A stretch of 64,000 nt of DNA from Octopus vulgaris. Its lineage: Eukaryota. This document shows positions 1 to 13,164 of this stretch, one piece after another. Location: contig OX597814.1 of the NCBI GenBank assembly GCA_951406725.2, forward strand, positions 134,850,001 to 134,914,000, read 5' to 3'. Position 1 is the stretch's first letter, and every line of letters starts with the position of its first letter. The notes beneath the pieces were generated by a model, which saw only the letters and a program-made list of their open reading frames with translations, ran no database searches and was not told the origin of the DNA. Made by a program: the position numbers and the translations under genes.

Positions 1-559
1 TACATTAAACAATGCTGTGATAAAGCCCCTTTCTCAAAATCCATCTTACATTCACACAATATAACTAATAAATTATGCTAAGTCTATTCTCTAGTCTTTG
101 CAAGTTTGTTTTTTCTACCCTCGCTGATGATACTTAACTATTTTTCAATATCACAATTGTTAAGTGCATCATATGAACTAGTGATCTGTAACAAGGTTGA
201 ATTAATGCAAGTACACACCACCATCTTCATTATTTAATGTCTGTTTCCCATGTTGGCAAGGCCAGGAGCCTCACCAGGTTCCAGAGTTTGTTTTGGCATG
301 GTTTCTACAGCTTGATGCCCTTCCTAATACCAACTCCTTTACAGAATGCACTGGGTGCTTTTTACGTAGCACATCACCAGTGCTTTTTTAGTGGCACCAC
401 AACCAATGCTTTTTACACACACACACATAAACTACACCCAACCAACAATATAAGCATTATCTTCAGTTTACAGCCTTACTAGAATGCTTAATTGGGATTA
501 ATAAAGTAAATATAAGGCCCTTTGAAGACACTTATGCCCAAATATACAATATAACTTAC

Positions 560-649
560 TTTTTCATCATATTCCCAGACACGCCACAAATCATTTATAT
601 TCAAGTCAGGTTCTACATATTCTTTCCGATAAAATGCAATAAATGGAAC
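560..649 (-). CDS. SUPT6H: SPT6 coding exon 9
   Basis: [30 protein letters not shown]; 90 bp, donor GTAAG. Confidence 0.95.
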
Positions 650-3600
650 CTGAAATATTTTGTAGAAAGAGAGAAAAAAAGCTTTAATAACAATGTTTTG
701 AAATACAGATCAATAAATCTTTGACATTTCTACAATGCATATTATACAAGAGGCTACTTAACCAAGAAATATACTACATTGAAAAATATCTATTTCTGAC
801 GAAAAAGAAAAGAAAAATGTAAAGAAACTGAAACTACACACTCCTAATCCATTTTTTCAGGAAGAGAAACATTTCATATTTCAAGAATTGCAGAACACCA
901 TATCTGTTTTCAACTAACATTCATTCTAAACTGAACTTATTTATTGATATGCTGTGTTTAGAGGAATGAGCACAGAGCTTTAGCTATGACACAGGTGATG
1001 AACAGCCTGTGAGGAATTATTTTGTTCAAGTCTATATGTTGAATGAGACACTAGTAATTTAAGTGATATTTCAAATGTTGGCTGGAAGTATATTAGTACC
1101 TGTAACAAATGATATGATTTTATTGCTTGCCTTTATATTTTCCACAATTATTTGGATTAACACTTTCAATATTAACCCAAAAATGTTTTGGCTCATAATA
1201 CCAACCCAGCCATAGCTGGCTAAGAGTACCCATTGTTATTTAAATGTGAATTTAAGCACAAATCTCGTTAGTACATTTGTGAAAACATGTGATTTCACTT
1301 CGTAAATAGTTGAGTTATAGTATCTGACATTGCTTGGCATGATATCTGAACTCAGTGAATTTTGGGAGATTTTTTTCCACATTTTTTCGGCATCTATTTT
1401 TTTTTTTAACTTTGAAAATGGATAGGAATTTCATGCTATCAAGCAGTGATTCTGAATTTAAAGGTTTTTCAAAGGAAAATATGGAGATATTGAGAAAAAG
1501 AATGAATGAGGTACAAAAGCACGTGGTGTATAAGAATGAAAAGGATATTTCTGTATCCGAAACCAAAAGCAGCGATTCTGAAGAAACTGAAAGCAGCAAT
1601 AGCGACAGCAAAGACAATTTTACATCGGAATGAAGTAAAAACTTTAAAAATGTTTTTATTAGCAATTTTTCTGAGGAGATGGGGATCTATCCATAGTCTT
1701 TCTTAAGAAACGAAACTGTTAGACTTTTATCCTTTTCAGTATGCTTGTTTGAAGTGATCACTGCGGAAACAAACTATTACGCAGAATATAAACAAACAGT
1801 ATATGCCAGGAAAGCCCATGAAATGGGGGATCAAAGTTTGGAAAATTTGTGAAGCAAATACTAGGTACTGCCCAGGATTTAGTTTTTATACAGGGAAAAT
1901 AATATAATAATAATAATAATAATGAAATTATTGTATACAGTGCTCAGGTGCACCACAACTTGTCAGAAAGTGCATATAAAGTACATGCAGTAATGTAAAA
2001 ATGTCTCGAAAGCAAACAATGTATGAGTCAGATACATGCTTGTGTGTGTATGGAGGGGAGAAAATCAGGTGTAGTGTTAGCGAATCTCAGAAAGCATGGA
2101 AGTTTTGAAGGATGCAGTGCTCCGAAAACTAACAACTGATGCTGGCAGTTTGTTCCATGCTAATGTTAGGGTATGATGTGGTCTGGAATTTATCACTTCC
2201 ATACCATAACCAGGGCCATATATTATTTTTTGACTGATTTTTTTTAGTTCAGTCAAACTTGCAGTGGATTTAGGTGGATTCCAGTATTTCACCTTTATGG
2301 TACACATGTTCTGTTGTGCAGTAAATTCATCTGATAATCTAGTGATGTGCACAATTCTTCTATATCAAAATTTTGTTGCGTACCCAATTGAATGTTAGCT
2401 GATGATTCATTTCCTATGGTAATGTTTAAACAAAATTTTACCTTTTGCTCAGTTTACCTGGATTTACATGTAATTAGAGTCACTCTGAGACAAAAGTTAT
2501 GCAATAGAATTGATTAAGAACCCTTTCTTCAATTATGTTCCAAATATCACATTAATATGTTGATAAGTAACAAAGTTACAGCTGTTTAATGAAACTAGTC
2601 AAATTCATGATTAGTTTAGAATTTAATTGAAACTCATGAAGGGTGTATTTTGGTCAGAAATATAGTAATGAAAGGGCTAAATAGTTATGCCTAGCCAGAA
2701 CTTGTACTGTTCAAAATAAAAACATACATTATTTTAATTTTTAATTATTCAAAAGCCAGTATGAATTATATAAATGAAATATTCATACTTACTTCATGAA
2801 GATGATTCCTCATGAAATTTAATGCATCTCTAATTTTATTAATTGCAGATGTACTTTTTGGTTGGTAATAGGAATATTGTCCTTCTCCGTGGTCACTCAG
2901 TTTGGAAATTAGTTTAGTTGTAAATGCCTGTTTATAAATCCATTCTGCTTCCTCATCTAATTCCCCTTCTTCAGTTTGAGTAACACGAATTTGACGAAGC
3001 TGAGTAAAAAAGTTGAAAGTTGGAAAAGTAAAACTGAAAATATCAATAATGTTTGTTTGAACATTCATTTTACCATGCTTCCATGGTTTAGATGTCTATT
3101 CTATTGAGACATTGTCTTACAGCCAGATGCCCTTCCTGTTTTTTTAAGTAAGGGCTATCTTATTCTGCAAAGTTGCAAATCTAGCAGATACATTGGCAAG
3201 AGAAGATAACATCAGAACCCATATGTCACAACTTTTGTAGATGTGAGATGTAAAGCTACATGCATGCACACACACACATATATACTCGACAGTCTTTTTC
3301 AGCTTCTGCCTTTCAATTCCACTTAATTGGCCTAGGGCTATAGAAGAAGACACTCGTCCAAGGTAGTGCACTGGGACTGAGCTTGAAACCATGTGGCTGG
3401 GAAATAAACTTTTTAACTGCTCAGCTATGCCTGTGCCTTTATTTATAGGTAAGAAGTCAGTCTTGTATAACTGGGGTATACTTTAGGTGAATCAATACTA
3501 CTACATGGTTCATATTTATTTTACTAAACCCACGAGAATAAAGGTTAACTCAAACTTCACAGGACTGAAATCAGAAGATAGGACAAAACAAAATTTTGTA

Positions 3601-6600
3601 AAGGCATTTTGTTTGGCACCTTACTGCTTCTCTCACACTCTCACATAAATAATAAAGTAATAAAATTTCTATTTACCTGGAATCTTTCAGGAACGTCTAC
3701 AGTTCTAATTTCATTATCAAGATCAGTAAAATGACCCCTCTCTAATTCACTTGGTTCGTAAATCTGAAAGAAAATTTAAAAGATTCTATTTAGCACAAAA
3801 AAGACCCACATGGCCCATAAAATTCTATCAAAAATCTTTCAAAGTTTATACTATTATAAAATCAAAATTTTCCCATAAATTGTTGAGAAACTTACCTCAT
3901 AAATACTTTTCTTTGATGTCCGTTTTCGTCCAGCTTTTTTGGTTTTCAGAGCAGCTTCACCTTCTTCCATGTCTTCTTCATACTGTACAATTTAAAAAAA
4001 CAGTTAGATGCATTGCAAGCCAAAATGGTGTATTATTTTAATGAAGATAGTTTTTAACTGAAGAATGAAGGCATAGTACATGGTATTCTATACATTTATG
4101 AATCATTTTGCCTCAAATACATGCCAAAATATTTTATGGTATTATTTTAGCCTTTTTAAAATAAAATCTATTAAAAATACTGTCAAGAATCATACTTCAG
4201 ACATCTCTAAAAAGTTTGCATATTCAAATCCAAATCTTGCACCACAATTATATGCATGAAACTTTCCATAAGTTATATTTCAAACACTACCATCTAAAAC
4301 TAAAAAGATATTTCAAAGTTGTGCAAATTTTGGGATAATTTCTAATTTTATTCAAGAATAACTGAAGATATTTCAAAGTGAAAGGTCTAATCTTTATATT
4401 TGAATATCCTGTTTAATTTTATGTAACAAAAGTTTGACAACTGAATGAAAATTCTAAAGAAATATGCCAACAAAATTTCTCTTTGTTGGAAAGTGCACTA
4501 ACTTTGCAGATGACCCATAATGTTATTTTGAGAAAGCATACCTCATCTTCATAGTCTTCTTCATCTTCTTCTTCATCATATTTATCTAAATCAGCAAAGT
4601 CAAAATCAACACCAAAAATATCTTGTGCAATTTGCAAAGATCTGAAAAAGAATTTTAAAACATACTTATGTTATTAAAAAATTTATAATAAATTTGGAAG
4701 AGGAAAATGGTTTTGATTACTAAAAAGCATTTATTTGGCAAACATTATTAATCAATTGGTGTAAAATTTGCGCAATTGTTTTTACAAGATACCCAGGTAA
4801 TAATTTATTAAATCTCTGGATTCAATCCCTCTGTGTGGCACATTAAGTGCTTATTGTAGTGTCAGGTTGACTAATGCTTCCTAAGTGTAATTTGATAAAT
4901 AAAAACTACAGAAAAATGTGCTTGCGTGTGTGCTCATATGCCTGCATGTTAGTTCACCGTATGTCGAGTTGCGTCCCTTCATATGTAAAAACTTAGCGAT
5001 TCACTGTATTAAGTTGATCGATGTGATCAATTAAAACCATTAAAAGCAGTGCTCTGGCCTAGCTACAGCAAAAAAAAAAATTAAGAGAATACTAAATGGT
5101 TTTGTTTTCTTTAAATCCTTTCACATTTAAATTTTTACTGATAACTAGAAAATGATGACTAAAAAATATATCTAAAAGACTTACTTGTCTGTGTGTATAA
5201 CAGGCTTTTTCTTCTTTCCTTTACTAATTGGTTGGCCTTCATCATCAACAATAAAATCATCAATATCTTTAAAAGAAAAAATAATTAGCTTATTACAAAA
5301 TGCCTTTTCATTAAGATTATATTTTAATGGCATTAGATTCAAATAAATATTCATATGTAATTATAAACATACATTTCTTATGTTCTTTATAATAATAACC
5401 TAATTATATGTTAAGGTTTTGTTTAAAAAAATTAATAAGGTTAAACCATTTACACATTCCATATAATTTAAGTTTGAGATTCTCTTCAATGATTAAAAAA
5501 TTACAAGAAAAGCCGTTGGAAAACCGATTATAACAGTGACTCCATCTAAGAATATCTGAAGAAGGAATATTATTCTGAAATATCATATCAGACTATGGAT
5601 GACTTAATTACAACAGATATATAGCCCATTGTCTGTATTATAGTGCATTGATGTACCATTCAAACTTTTTATTCTTTACTTGATAAAGGATTTTAATATT
5701 TCAAAATAAAACTTCTGCGAAATGTATAATGAATTTTTGACTTGTTTTAATGGTGAACTGACACTCTCAACAGAAAATATAGACCTATTAGGAAGACAGA
5801 TCTACAGGAAGTCAAATCCTAGTTCACTGAGGATTCCATTGCAATTTTTGCAATGTTAAGTTATATAGCAAGCACTGTGCCCAATGACGAATGTTTTATC
5901 AATAATTACTGTAGTGACATGCTTAGAAATTGGGTTCATGAGGCATGTGAGTAGAAGCAATACACTACTTGAAATTCAACATCCAACAAGGATCCAGAAA
6001 GTAACTAGAGCTGATAAATGGTACAGATTGTTATTTTCAGTCCAAATGCATAATGGTATACATTAATTGACAGCTAGCAGCTAGCCATTTACAATAAATA
6101 CAAATGTTTGTACCATGTATACAGTAGTTTCTTAGCTAAAAACTTTTAATATAAATTCAATTTAAAAGTCAGCTTAAAAACAAAAAATACCTGATTCTTC
6201 TTCATCTGAACCTTCAATATCAAGTGCAAGGTCGTCTTTCTTTGGCTCTTCTTCTCGTTCACTAGCAGGCACTGCACTATCTTCTGCAGCATCCTCCTCT
6301 TCCTCTTCATCATCATCAAATAATGTGTTTGCAATTTCTCGCATTTGAGCATCAGTTTTGCTTTCTTCATCTTCACGGTCACTATCATCATCATCTGATG
6401 CAACTCGGATACGCTTACGTTTTTGCTGCAACACCAAAAATTACTATTAGTAAATTCTCATTTTTGTCCATTATAAAATTTCAACATAAGTCTACAATTT
6501 CAAAATCAGATGATCATTCAAAGATGTATTTGGATTTGCTAGATAATATTAAAGAAGAACAATAATTGTTGCCAAAGAAAAGTGGGAGGTAATCAGTTTT

Positions 6601-9600
6601 AAGACTTCTTGGAAACATTGTCCAAGACAAAGTATAAGGAATTCAATCCTAACATATGCATAGGATTCACAGGGACTGGCATTCAGAAGATCACTGATAA
6701 AAAGAGGATCACTGTTATATGTCGATGGAAGCTTCAATTTATGAACGTGAAAATGCTTGCAGGATAACTAGAAGTTTGATTAACTTTTGTCAAAAATATT
6801 TGAGTCTATCATCATCGTCTAATGTCCATTTTCCATGCTGACATGGGTTGGACGGTTTGACCAAGGTTTGGAGAGTCAGCGGCTGCACCAGGCTCCAATC
6901 TGATCTGGCAGTGTTTCTACAGTTGGATGCCCTTCCTAATGCCAACCACTCCAAGAGCGTAGTGGGTGCGTTTTATATGCCACCGGCACTGGAGCCAGTC
7001 AAGCAGGTCTGGCATCAATCACATTCGGATAGTGCTTTTGATGTTCCACCAGTCAGTGGGTACAGGTATTGGCCACGTTTGGATAGTGCTTTTTACGTGC
7101 CATCAGCACTGAAGCCAGTCAAGTGACACTGGCCACAGCTATGATTTTGGTTTTACCTGACCCAACAGGTCTTCTCAAGCATATAGTCAGGGTCAAGAAC
7201 AGATTGGAAAAAGTTCAGGGAGCTTCTACACAGCTGGCAACAAAATCTTTCCTCAGAGTAAAGAGCAGATTGTATGATGCTTGTGTTAGAAATGCAATGT
7301 TGCATGGTAGTGAAACATGGGCTCTGAATGTAAGGGGCTTAAGACTGGAAAGAAATAAAGATATGTGCCCCACGCTATGTGCAATGAAAAACAAAGTACA
7401 GAGACATTGAGATAATGTGGGCATAAGAGGAATCAGGCATAGTGTGCAAAAAAGAAGACTGTACTGGTATGGACATATGATGCATATGAATGTGGACAGT
7501 TGTATAAAAAATTGCTAGTCAGGAGTGGCTGTGTGGTAAGAAGCTTGCTTCCCAACCACATGATTCCGGATTCAGTCCCATTGCATGGCACCTTGGGCAA
7601 GTGTCTTCTACTATAGCCTTGGGCCAACCAAAACCTTGTGAGTGAATTTGATAGATGGAAATTGAAAGAAGCCTGTCATATACATATATATATATGTATG
7701 TATGTATATGTGTGTTTGTGTGCATGTCCCCACACCATCGCTTGACAACTGATATTGGTGTGTTTACACCCCCATAACTTAGCGGTTTGGCAAAAGAGAC
7801 CAATAAAATAAATACTAGGCTTACAGTGTCCTGGGGTCAATTTGTTCAACTAAAGGCAGTGCTCCTGCATGGCCACAGTCAAACGACTGAAACAAGCAAA
7901 AGAATGTGAATGGAGTTTGAAGAAGAGGAAGACCCAAGACAACATCGGACAAAGTGAAGGTTGATCTCAGGAGCTTGAATCTCACAGATGACTGGCAAAA
8001 TGCAGTTCATGAAGAAATTCACCTACCTCAGTAAAACTAAGATTCTGGAAGCACTATGTGTAAAAATATGCACAACTGTAATTTCCATCACCCATTATCT
8101 CTCTAACTGCACTATTCTGCTACATAAATTAAATGTGAACAGAACTACGTATTTCATCAGCTTTTCTCTGATACCACATCTCTTAATGCATCAAACCATT
8201 CTACTTGTTAACGATGATGATGATCTTTCTTTCATTCTTACACTGATCACCATCCTAACCTAGTACATTATCTCTCTTCCATCACCATATCCCCTCAGGT
8301 ATTTCTTAGTTCTCATCAATTTAATGTGAAAGGGTGGGCATGAATCTATCATCCCAAACTTCATCAAACAATTAAATATTTTAATAATTTAAATTCATTT
8401 CTGTTTATATATAATCTCTTTAAATTAAAAGGTCAGGTGAGATGCTTTGTGGCATCTCTTCCAGCATGCATGTGATGACACAGTGGCAAGCTGTATTGGT
8501 TCAAGTTGGTAACCTTTCCCATAAATAAAAATCTGTGGGTGGAATGGGGGGACCTGAATATATGGACAACTACTAGTCTTCCTCAAAAAAATTCTCACCC
8601 AAGCCTGCATGTACATGTGCAAAAGCATGGTCAAAACTGACTGATGAAGTTCCTACAAAGAACTGTCTAAAAGGAAATAACAGATTTATTTCATAAAGAT
8701 TGTCACAAAAATAGTATCTAGCAGCAAAACACAATGTGTGAATGGCTAAATGTTCTAATAGACACACCCTTAATATAATTCCCATTTTCTCTCTCAAGAC
8801 ATCGTATCTGGCAAATAGTTCTTTGAACTTCAGGAACAGTCCATCTGAGATGCTTACACAGTTTTATTCACAATGCTTGTTACCTAAGGTTAGGGAAAAG
8901 ACAACTGCCCAGAGACTGGAACCTCATAATTGCGAAGCAAACTTCTTAATTATCTGTCCATACCTGTATATGGCCATATATGCAAGTATACAAATAACTT
9001 ACCTTTCTTGAAACTTTAATACCCAAATTCTCTTCAATAAGATCGTAATCATCTTCTTCAAGTTGATCGTCATCTTCTATATCTGAGTCATGTTTCCGTT
9101 TGCCAGTTACACTATCATTATCATCGCTCTCTTCTTCTTCAACATCATCATTAATCAAATCTTTCATTTCTTCAGCTAACTTTTCTTCATCTACAAGAAA
9201 GACAAAAAATATTTTAAACAGAGTCCTTAAATTAAGAATCTGGAATATTAAATACATATTTAGGTGCCTTTGATGAATTTAACAGCTCAATTCTGCTTCT
9301 AAAAGCATAGTCCACAGTACTTTTCCAATAATCTTTCATTTATAGCAGTTATAATTCCAAATGGATTATTACTGCTACTAACACAACTTTTAATAAGACA
9401 CCTGCCCAAGCAAAATAGGCAGATTAAATATCTTGCAGTATTATATTCTTTAAGTTTTAAGGTCAAATCCTGGCAAGGATTGCTTTACTTACATCTTTTA
9501 GAAATCAATAAAATAAGTATCAGTCAAGTACTGATATTGATTTAATCAACTATACACTTCTACTGAAATCAGTGGCTATGTGTCAATGGAAGTTATTATT

Positions 9601-10783
9601 ATTGATTACTTTCATAGAAACATGGAACCCCGAACTGTTATGAATCATTTACAAAGAGGAAATATGCTTTAGAATAGTACTCATTTACTTATTTCAGTCG
9701 AACAAATCAACCCCAGGACTTATTTTTTAGGCCTAGTACTTATTCTATCGGTTCTATTGCTGAACCGCTAAGTTATGGGGCCGTAAACACACCAACACCG
9801 GTTGTCAAGTGATGGTGGGGGACACAGACACATATATACGACAGGCTTCTTTCAGTTTCCGTCTACCAAATCCATCACAAGGCTTTGGTTGACCCGAGGC
9901 TACAGTAGAAAACACTTGCCTAAGCTGCAACGCAGTGAGATTGAACCTGGAACCATGTGTGGTTGGGAAGCAAGCTTCTTACGACACAGCCATGTCTGTG
10001 CTTAGACGGAAAACATAGCTAGCTCAAATACATGAGGACAATACTTAAAATCCATTCACTTGATAAGAATCTTTTCCTCACTAATAATCTACAAACATTT
10101 ACCGGTTTTTTTCAGCTACTACTTCAACCGCTTTTAATTAAATTTTCCGAGTGTCATTTCCATAAACCTATTTACTTTCCATTACTCATCAAAATCATAC
10201 CACCTCGACATCTTTTTCTACGGAATTCTCTTGTTTACCTTAATATTAAACACGTGGGTTCGAACATTATTACTCAATTATTCTCGCAAATTAACTAACC
10301 TAATCAGTAAATATAAAAATAGTGAATATTAGGAAAATACATAATGGAACAGCTACGAACAAGCTTACAACAAACGTTTAGCAACCATTGGAACATCTAA
10401 TGATCATAGGGGTAGTACTTCTTTTTACAAACACATGCGTTTGATTTTAAATATAAGTAGCTCTTAAGAAATAATGTTTTAAATAGAACACCAGTATCAA
10501 TATGAGCTAATCGGTGATGAGCCACTAGCATAGTAGTTTCTTATACCTTTGTGATATAAAAAATAATCAGGTGAATTAAATATTAGAGGTTAACGTATTT
10601 AATGTAAGGATTTTATATTTCTATCTAATTAAACTTACCATCTTCTTCTTCCTCATCATCATCGTCGTCAATTGTTCTTTTTTTACGAACGACTTCTTTC
10701 TTTTTCTTTTTAATCTCAACAGCGTCAGATAATGAACTATCAGAATCTGAAGAAACTTCAGCTTCTTGTTCAAAAAAGTCCAT
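560..10783 (-). CDS. SUPT6H: Transcription elongation factor / histone chaperone SPT6, N-terminal part (gene continues beyond window start)
   Basis: Spliced exons 10783-10639, 9190-9003, 6425-6191, 5266-5185, 4641-4542, 3982-3896, 3763-3677, 2999-2793 and 649-560 are all GT-AG with compatible phases. The translation (MDFFEQEAE...[14 protein letters not shown]...[13 protein letters not shown]...[10 protein letters not shown]...[14 protein letters not shown]...PERFQLR...EAEWIY...[22 protein letters not shown]) matches the metazoan Spt6 N-terminus. Confidence 0.97.
1157..2680 (+). mobile_element. Decayed, internally deleted piggyBac-type DNA transposon in an SPT6 intron
   Basis: TTAA-CACTTTC left end and GAAAGGG-CTAA right end; acidic N-terminal ORF 1355-1633; transposase motifs [30 protein letters not shown] (1803-1898) and [27 protein letters not shown] (about 2165-2250). 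Confidence 0.8.
1910..2161 (-). mobile_element. CR1/L2-like LINE 3' end nested in the piggyBac transposase
   Basis: Minus-strand ORF end [24 protein letters not shown], followed by a 3'UTR and (ATT)n tail; it splits two adjacent transposase motifs. Confidence 0.7.
2793..2999 (-). CDS. SUPT6H: SPT6 coding exon 8
   Basis: [26 protein letters not shown]...[15 protein letters not shown]; 207 bp, phase 0. Confidence 0.95.
3677..3763 (-). CDS. SUPT6H: SPT6 coding exon 7
   Basis: [29 protein letters not shown]; 87 bp, phase 0. Confidence 0.95.
3896..3982 (-). CDS. SUPT6H: SPT6 coding exon 6
   Basis: [29 protein letters not shown]; 87 bp, phase 0. Confidence 0.93.
4542..4641 (-). CDS. SUPT6H: SPT6 coding exon 5
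   Basis: [25 protein letters not shown]; phase 2 to 0. Confidence 0.94.
5185..5266 (-). CDS. SUPT6H: SPT6 coding exon 4
   Basis: [27 protein letters not shown]; phase 1 to 2. Confidence 0.93.
6191..6425 (-). CDS. SUPT6H: SPT6 coding exon 3
   Basis: [13 protein letters not shown]...EIANTLFDD...GSDEEES; phase 0 to 1. Confidence 0.92.
6808..7180 (-). mobile_element. RTE-LINE 3' terminal fragment
   Basis: catcatcg..tttccatgctgacatgggttggacgg..ggatgcccttcctaatgccaaccact, matching the 3' end of the RTE at 29346. Confidence 0.75.
7181..8030 (+). mobile_element. RTE-LINE ORF2 C-terminal fragment interrupted by a SINE
   Basis: [32 protein letters not shown] motifs shared with the copy at 29931-30542. 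Confidence 0.75.
7520..7904 (+). mobile_element. tRNA-derived SINE (family A)
   Basis: A-box GTGGCTGTGTGG, B-box-like GGATTCAGTCC, CACCTTGGGCAAGTG core-like segment, internal (TA)/(TG) run; multiple copies in the window. Confidence 0.85.
9003..9190 (-). CDS. SUPT6H: SPT6 coding exon 2
   Basis: [16 protein letters not shown]...[20 protein letters not shown]; AG/GTAAG, phase 1 to 0. Confidence 0.95.
9684..10001 (-). mobile_element. tRNA-derived SINE (family A)
   Basis: Reverse complement of the 7520 and 17092 copies. Confidence 0.85.
10639..10783 (-). CDS. SUPT6H: SPT6 coding exon 1
   Basis: ATG at 10783, encodes [15 protein letters not shown]...; acceptor AG at 10797-10796, donor GTAAG below 10639 (phase 1). 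Confidence 0.92.
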
Positions 10784-11352
10784 TTTTGAATCGTGCTAAA
10801 GACAAAACAGAACAAATAATGATATCCTTGAAACCACAGATAAGTTAGTGGAAGGAGATGAAGGGTGGTGTTTATGCTTTCAAAAGAAAAAAAGAAATCA
10901 ATTCAAGCGATTAAAATAAAATGAAGTTTACATCAGTTAAAAACTTGATTCTTGATATAGTCTTATTCATTAATCAAACATGGAAATGATAAAAAAAATA
11001 AAACCTTTTGATGTTTACTTAAAAGAAAACGAAAAATTATCCAAACGGAATTAAATATACGTATAACAAAAAAAGAAGTTTTCACTAAAAAAAAAATACC
11101 AAATCGAGTATTCAAAAAGTACAAACACAAATAACACAAATCTAACATTGGTTTTACAAAATTATTTATAAAATTCGATCTTTATAATGAATAGAAGGAA
11201 AAAGTTTTAACCTTCTAAAACAAGGATTTATTTAACATAAGGCAAGACTAAAATGTTTTCCTCGGAGAAAATAAGGAATAGCTAAGGAGAATGTTAATAA
11301 TAGAAGCAAAAGACACATGGATATAGTATGTTTAAGACGAAATTCCACTTAC

Positions 11353-11480
11353 AAGTTAGAAAAATAATACAGAAAATTAAAAACTCTAAACTAAATAGGA
11401 ATTTGTCATCAAATTATATGTAGGACACAAACTTAGTTCCAATGTTCATAATAGTGTTGAACATGGCGACAACGTTAGAA
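11353..11480 (-). promoter_or_regulatory. Probable SPT6 non-coding first exon / promoter with YY1-like motif
   Basis: Coding exon 1 has an acceptor upstream of its ATG, so a 5'UTR exon is needed. A minus-strand donor GTAAG lies at 11352-11348 and a YY1-like AACATGGCG at about 11460-11468. Confidence 0.45.
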
Positions 11481-12019
11481 ATGCTGAAAAACGTAAATCT
11501 CATAAAATTTATTTTCGTATATTATGAGTAAACAAATAACATAATATTCAACTATCAGAACTTAATGATTAATTCTAAATATACACAGATTTATTTTTAT
11601 ATTTTACAAGCTAAACAATTTATGACAGACAGAAAATAATATTTGAAGAATGAATTTGCTATTCTGCTGTCGGCGGCTCCAAATAAGAAGAAAACGATAG
11701 AATAATGTTATTAATAATTCTTGTAGAATGTCGGTCATGTCTTCTTGATCATTGAGTTCATAAACACTCCTCTCGTAGCTTTTCACTATAATGTTTTTAC
11801 CTTTTTTCTGTTCTCCGAAAATTTCTAAATTTTGAACATCGACGATTACAGTTCTGTAGAATAAATAATAAATAAAATGTTTTTAACCATCCTTATTTTA
11901 GAGTATTCAATCGACCATCAATTTTTTCTGCCTTTTTTTTTCCCTGGAATACGCTTTAAATCTAGAAGAATGTAAATCTGAGCACATTCAAAAAGTTTTC
12001 ATTTTTCTTCATTCATCCC

Positions 12020-12700
12020 TCTTACTCAAGGACGTGCCCCTGTTAAGGAATTACTCTCCAAAATAGAGTACAGCTGAGTGTACAGAGATTTCAGTGCTTC
12101 GACTGGGGTTGATAGAATGGGATGCGAGAGCGCTGTTAGCCCTGCAGAATTCGGTACTAGAAAAGAAAATGTGATACTCCTATACTTTGCCAAACGCCAT
12201 GGACTTTGCATTGTTAGTTCCTGGTACCAACGTCTTGAGCTGCATTGCTGGACTTGGTATTTCAATACTGGCCGTGTGACAAAGTAGATAGACACGCTCT
12301 TGTAGATGGCTGCTAGAGACTCCTCCAGAATTGCAGAGTTTTTCACATTGCTAGTTTCTTGGGTACTGATCACAGACTGGATGTTGACAGGCTCAAAGAC
12401 AACAGTGTAAGCAAGGCTTATTTGCAACAACTTGGATCTATGCTACTTGGGGTTGACTCCTTATCTGATCCTCTGGGAATGTGGGGAAACTTTCAGAGAC
12501 AACCTGCAGTTGATTGTTAGGGAATGTAATAGTCCCCCAAAACGGGCCAGGAAATATTTCCTTTCGAGGAAGATCCTCACATTGGTGGAGTGTTGCTGTA
12601 GGGTGAGACTGGGTGGAGCTGCTGATGATTTGCATTGGGGTCTGAGATATGGGTAGTCAGAGTACTGAGGTCTGACAAGGAAAACCGAGCCTGAAAAGTC
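12020..12700 (+). mobile_element. Decayed non-LTR (RTE-like) APE endonuclease fragment
   Basis: DFSASTGVDR..FGTRKEN..FAKRHGL.IVSSWYQR..HCWTWYFNTG..K*ID resembles LINE apurinic endonuclease motifs (GDFNA, WTW, IDH). Confidence 0.65.
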
Positions 12701-12934
12701 TGCTAAGATGTCAAGAGTTAGTTTCACACATCCAACTCATGTACTACAGAGGAATAACTATCCTCAGGGGTGTGTGAAGCCTTATCCCCAGTGGTTTGGT
12801 GTCTTAGACTCTGATGGTGCACTTCTGATTGAGGAGCCCAAGGTGGTGGCTCATTAGGCATCGTATTTTGTGGAATTGTGTAAGATGGGCCCACCTAGTA
12901 CTGATATGGATACCACAATGCCTTCAGCACTGGT

Positions 12935-13122
12935 GTGATCAGAGATGCACATATCGTCAGCCACTAAGGGACATGGTCAACTGGTTAAGGTCAAACAACT
13001 AACAAGCAAATCTGTGGTATTGAGCAGAGTACCCTTATCAGACGGGTAGTCATGATGGGTATACTGGGCTTCGTATATTTTACCCCAGTGTCACTTTGAT
13101 GGCATGCACTGCTCTCTCACTC

Positions 13123-13164
<42 letters not shown>

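Noticed and set aside
10822-10829. ATATCCTT U12-type donor motif
   Set aside because: It is on the strand opposite SPT6; all reconstructed introns are ordinary GT-AG.
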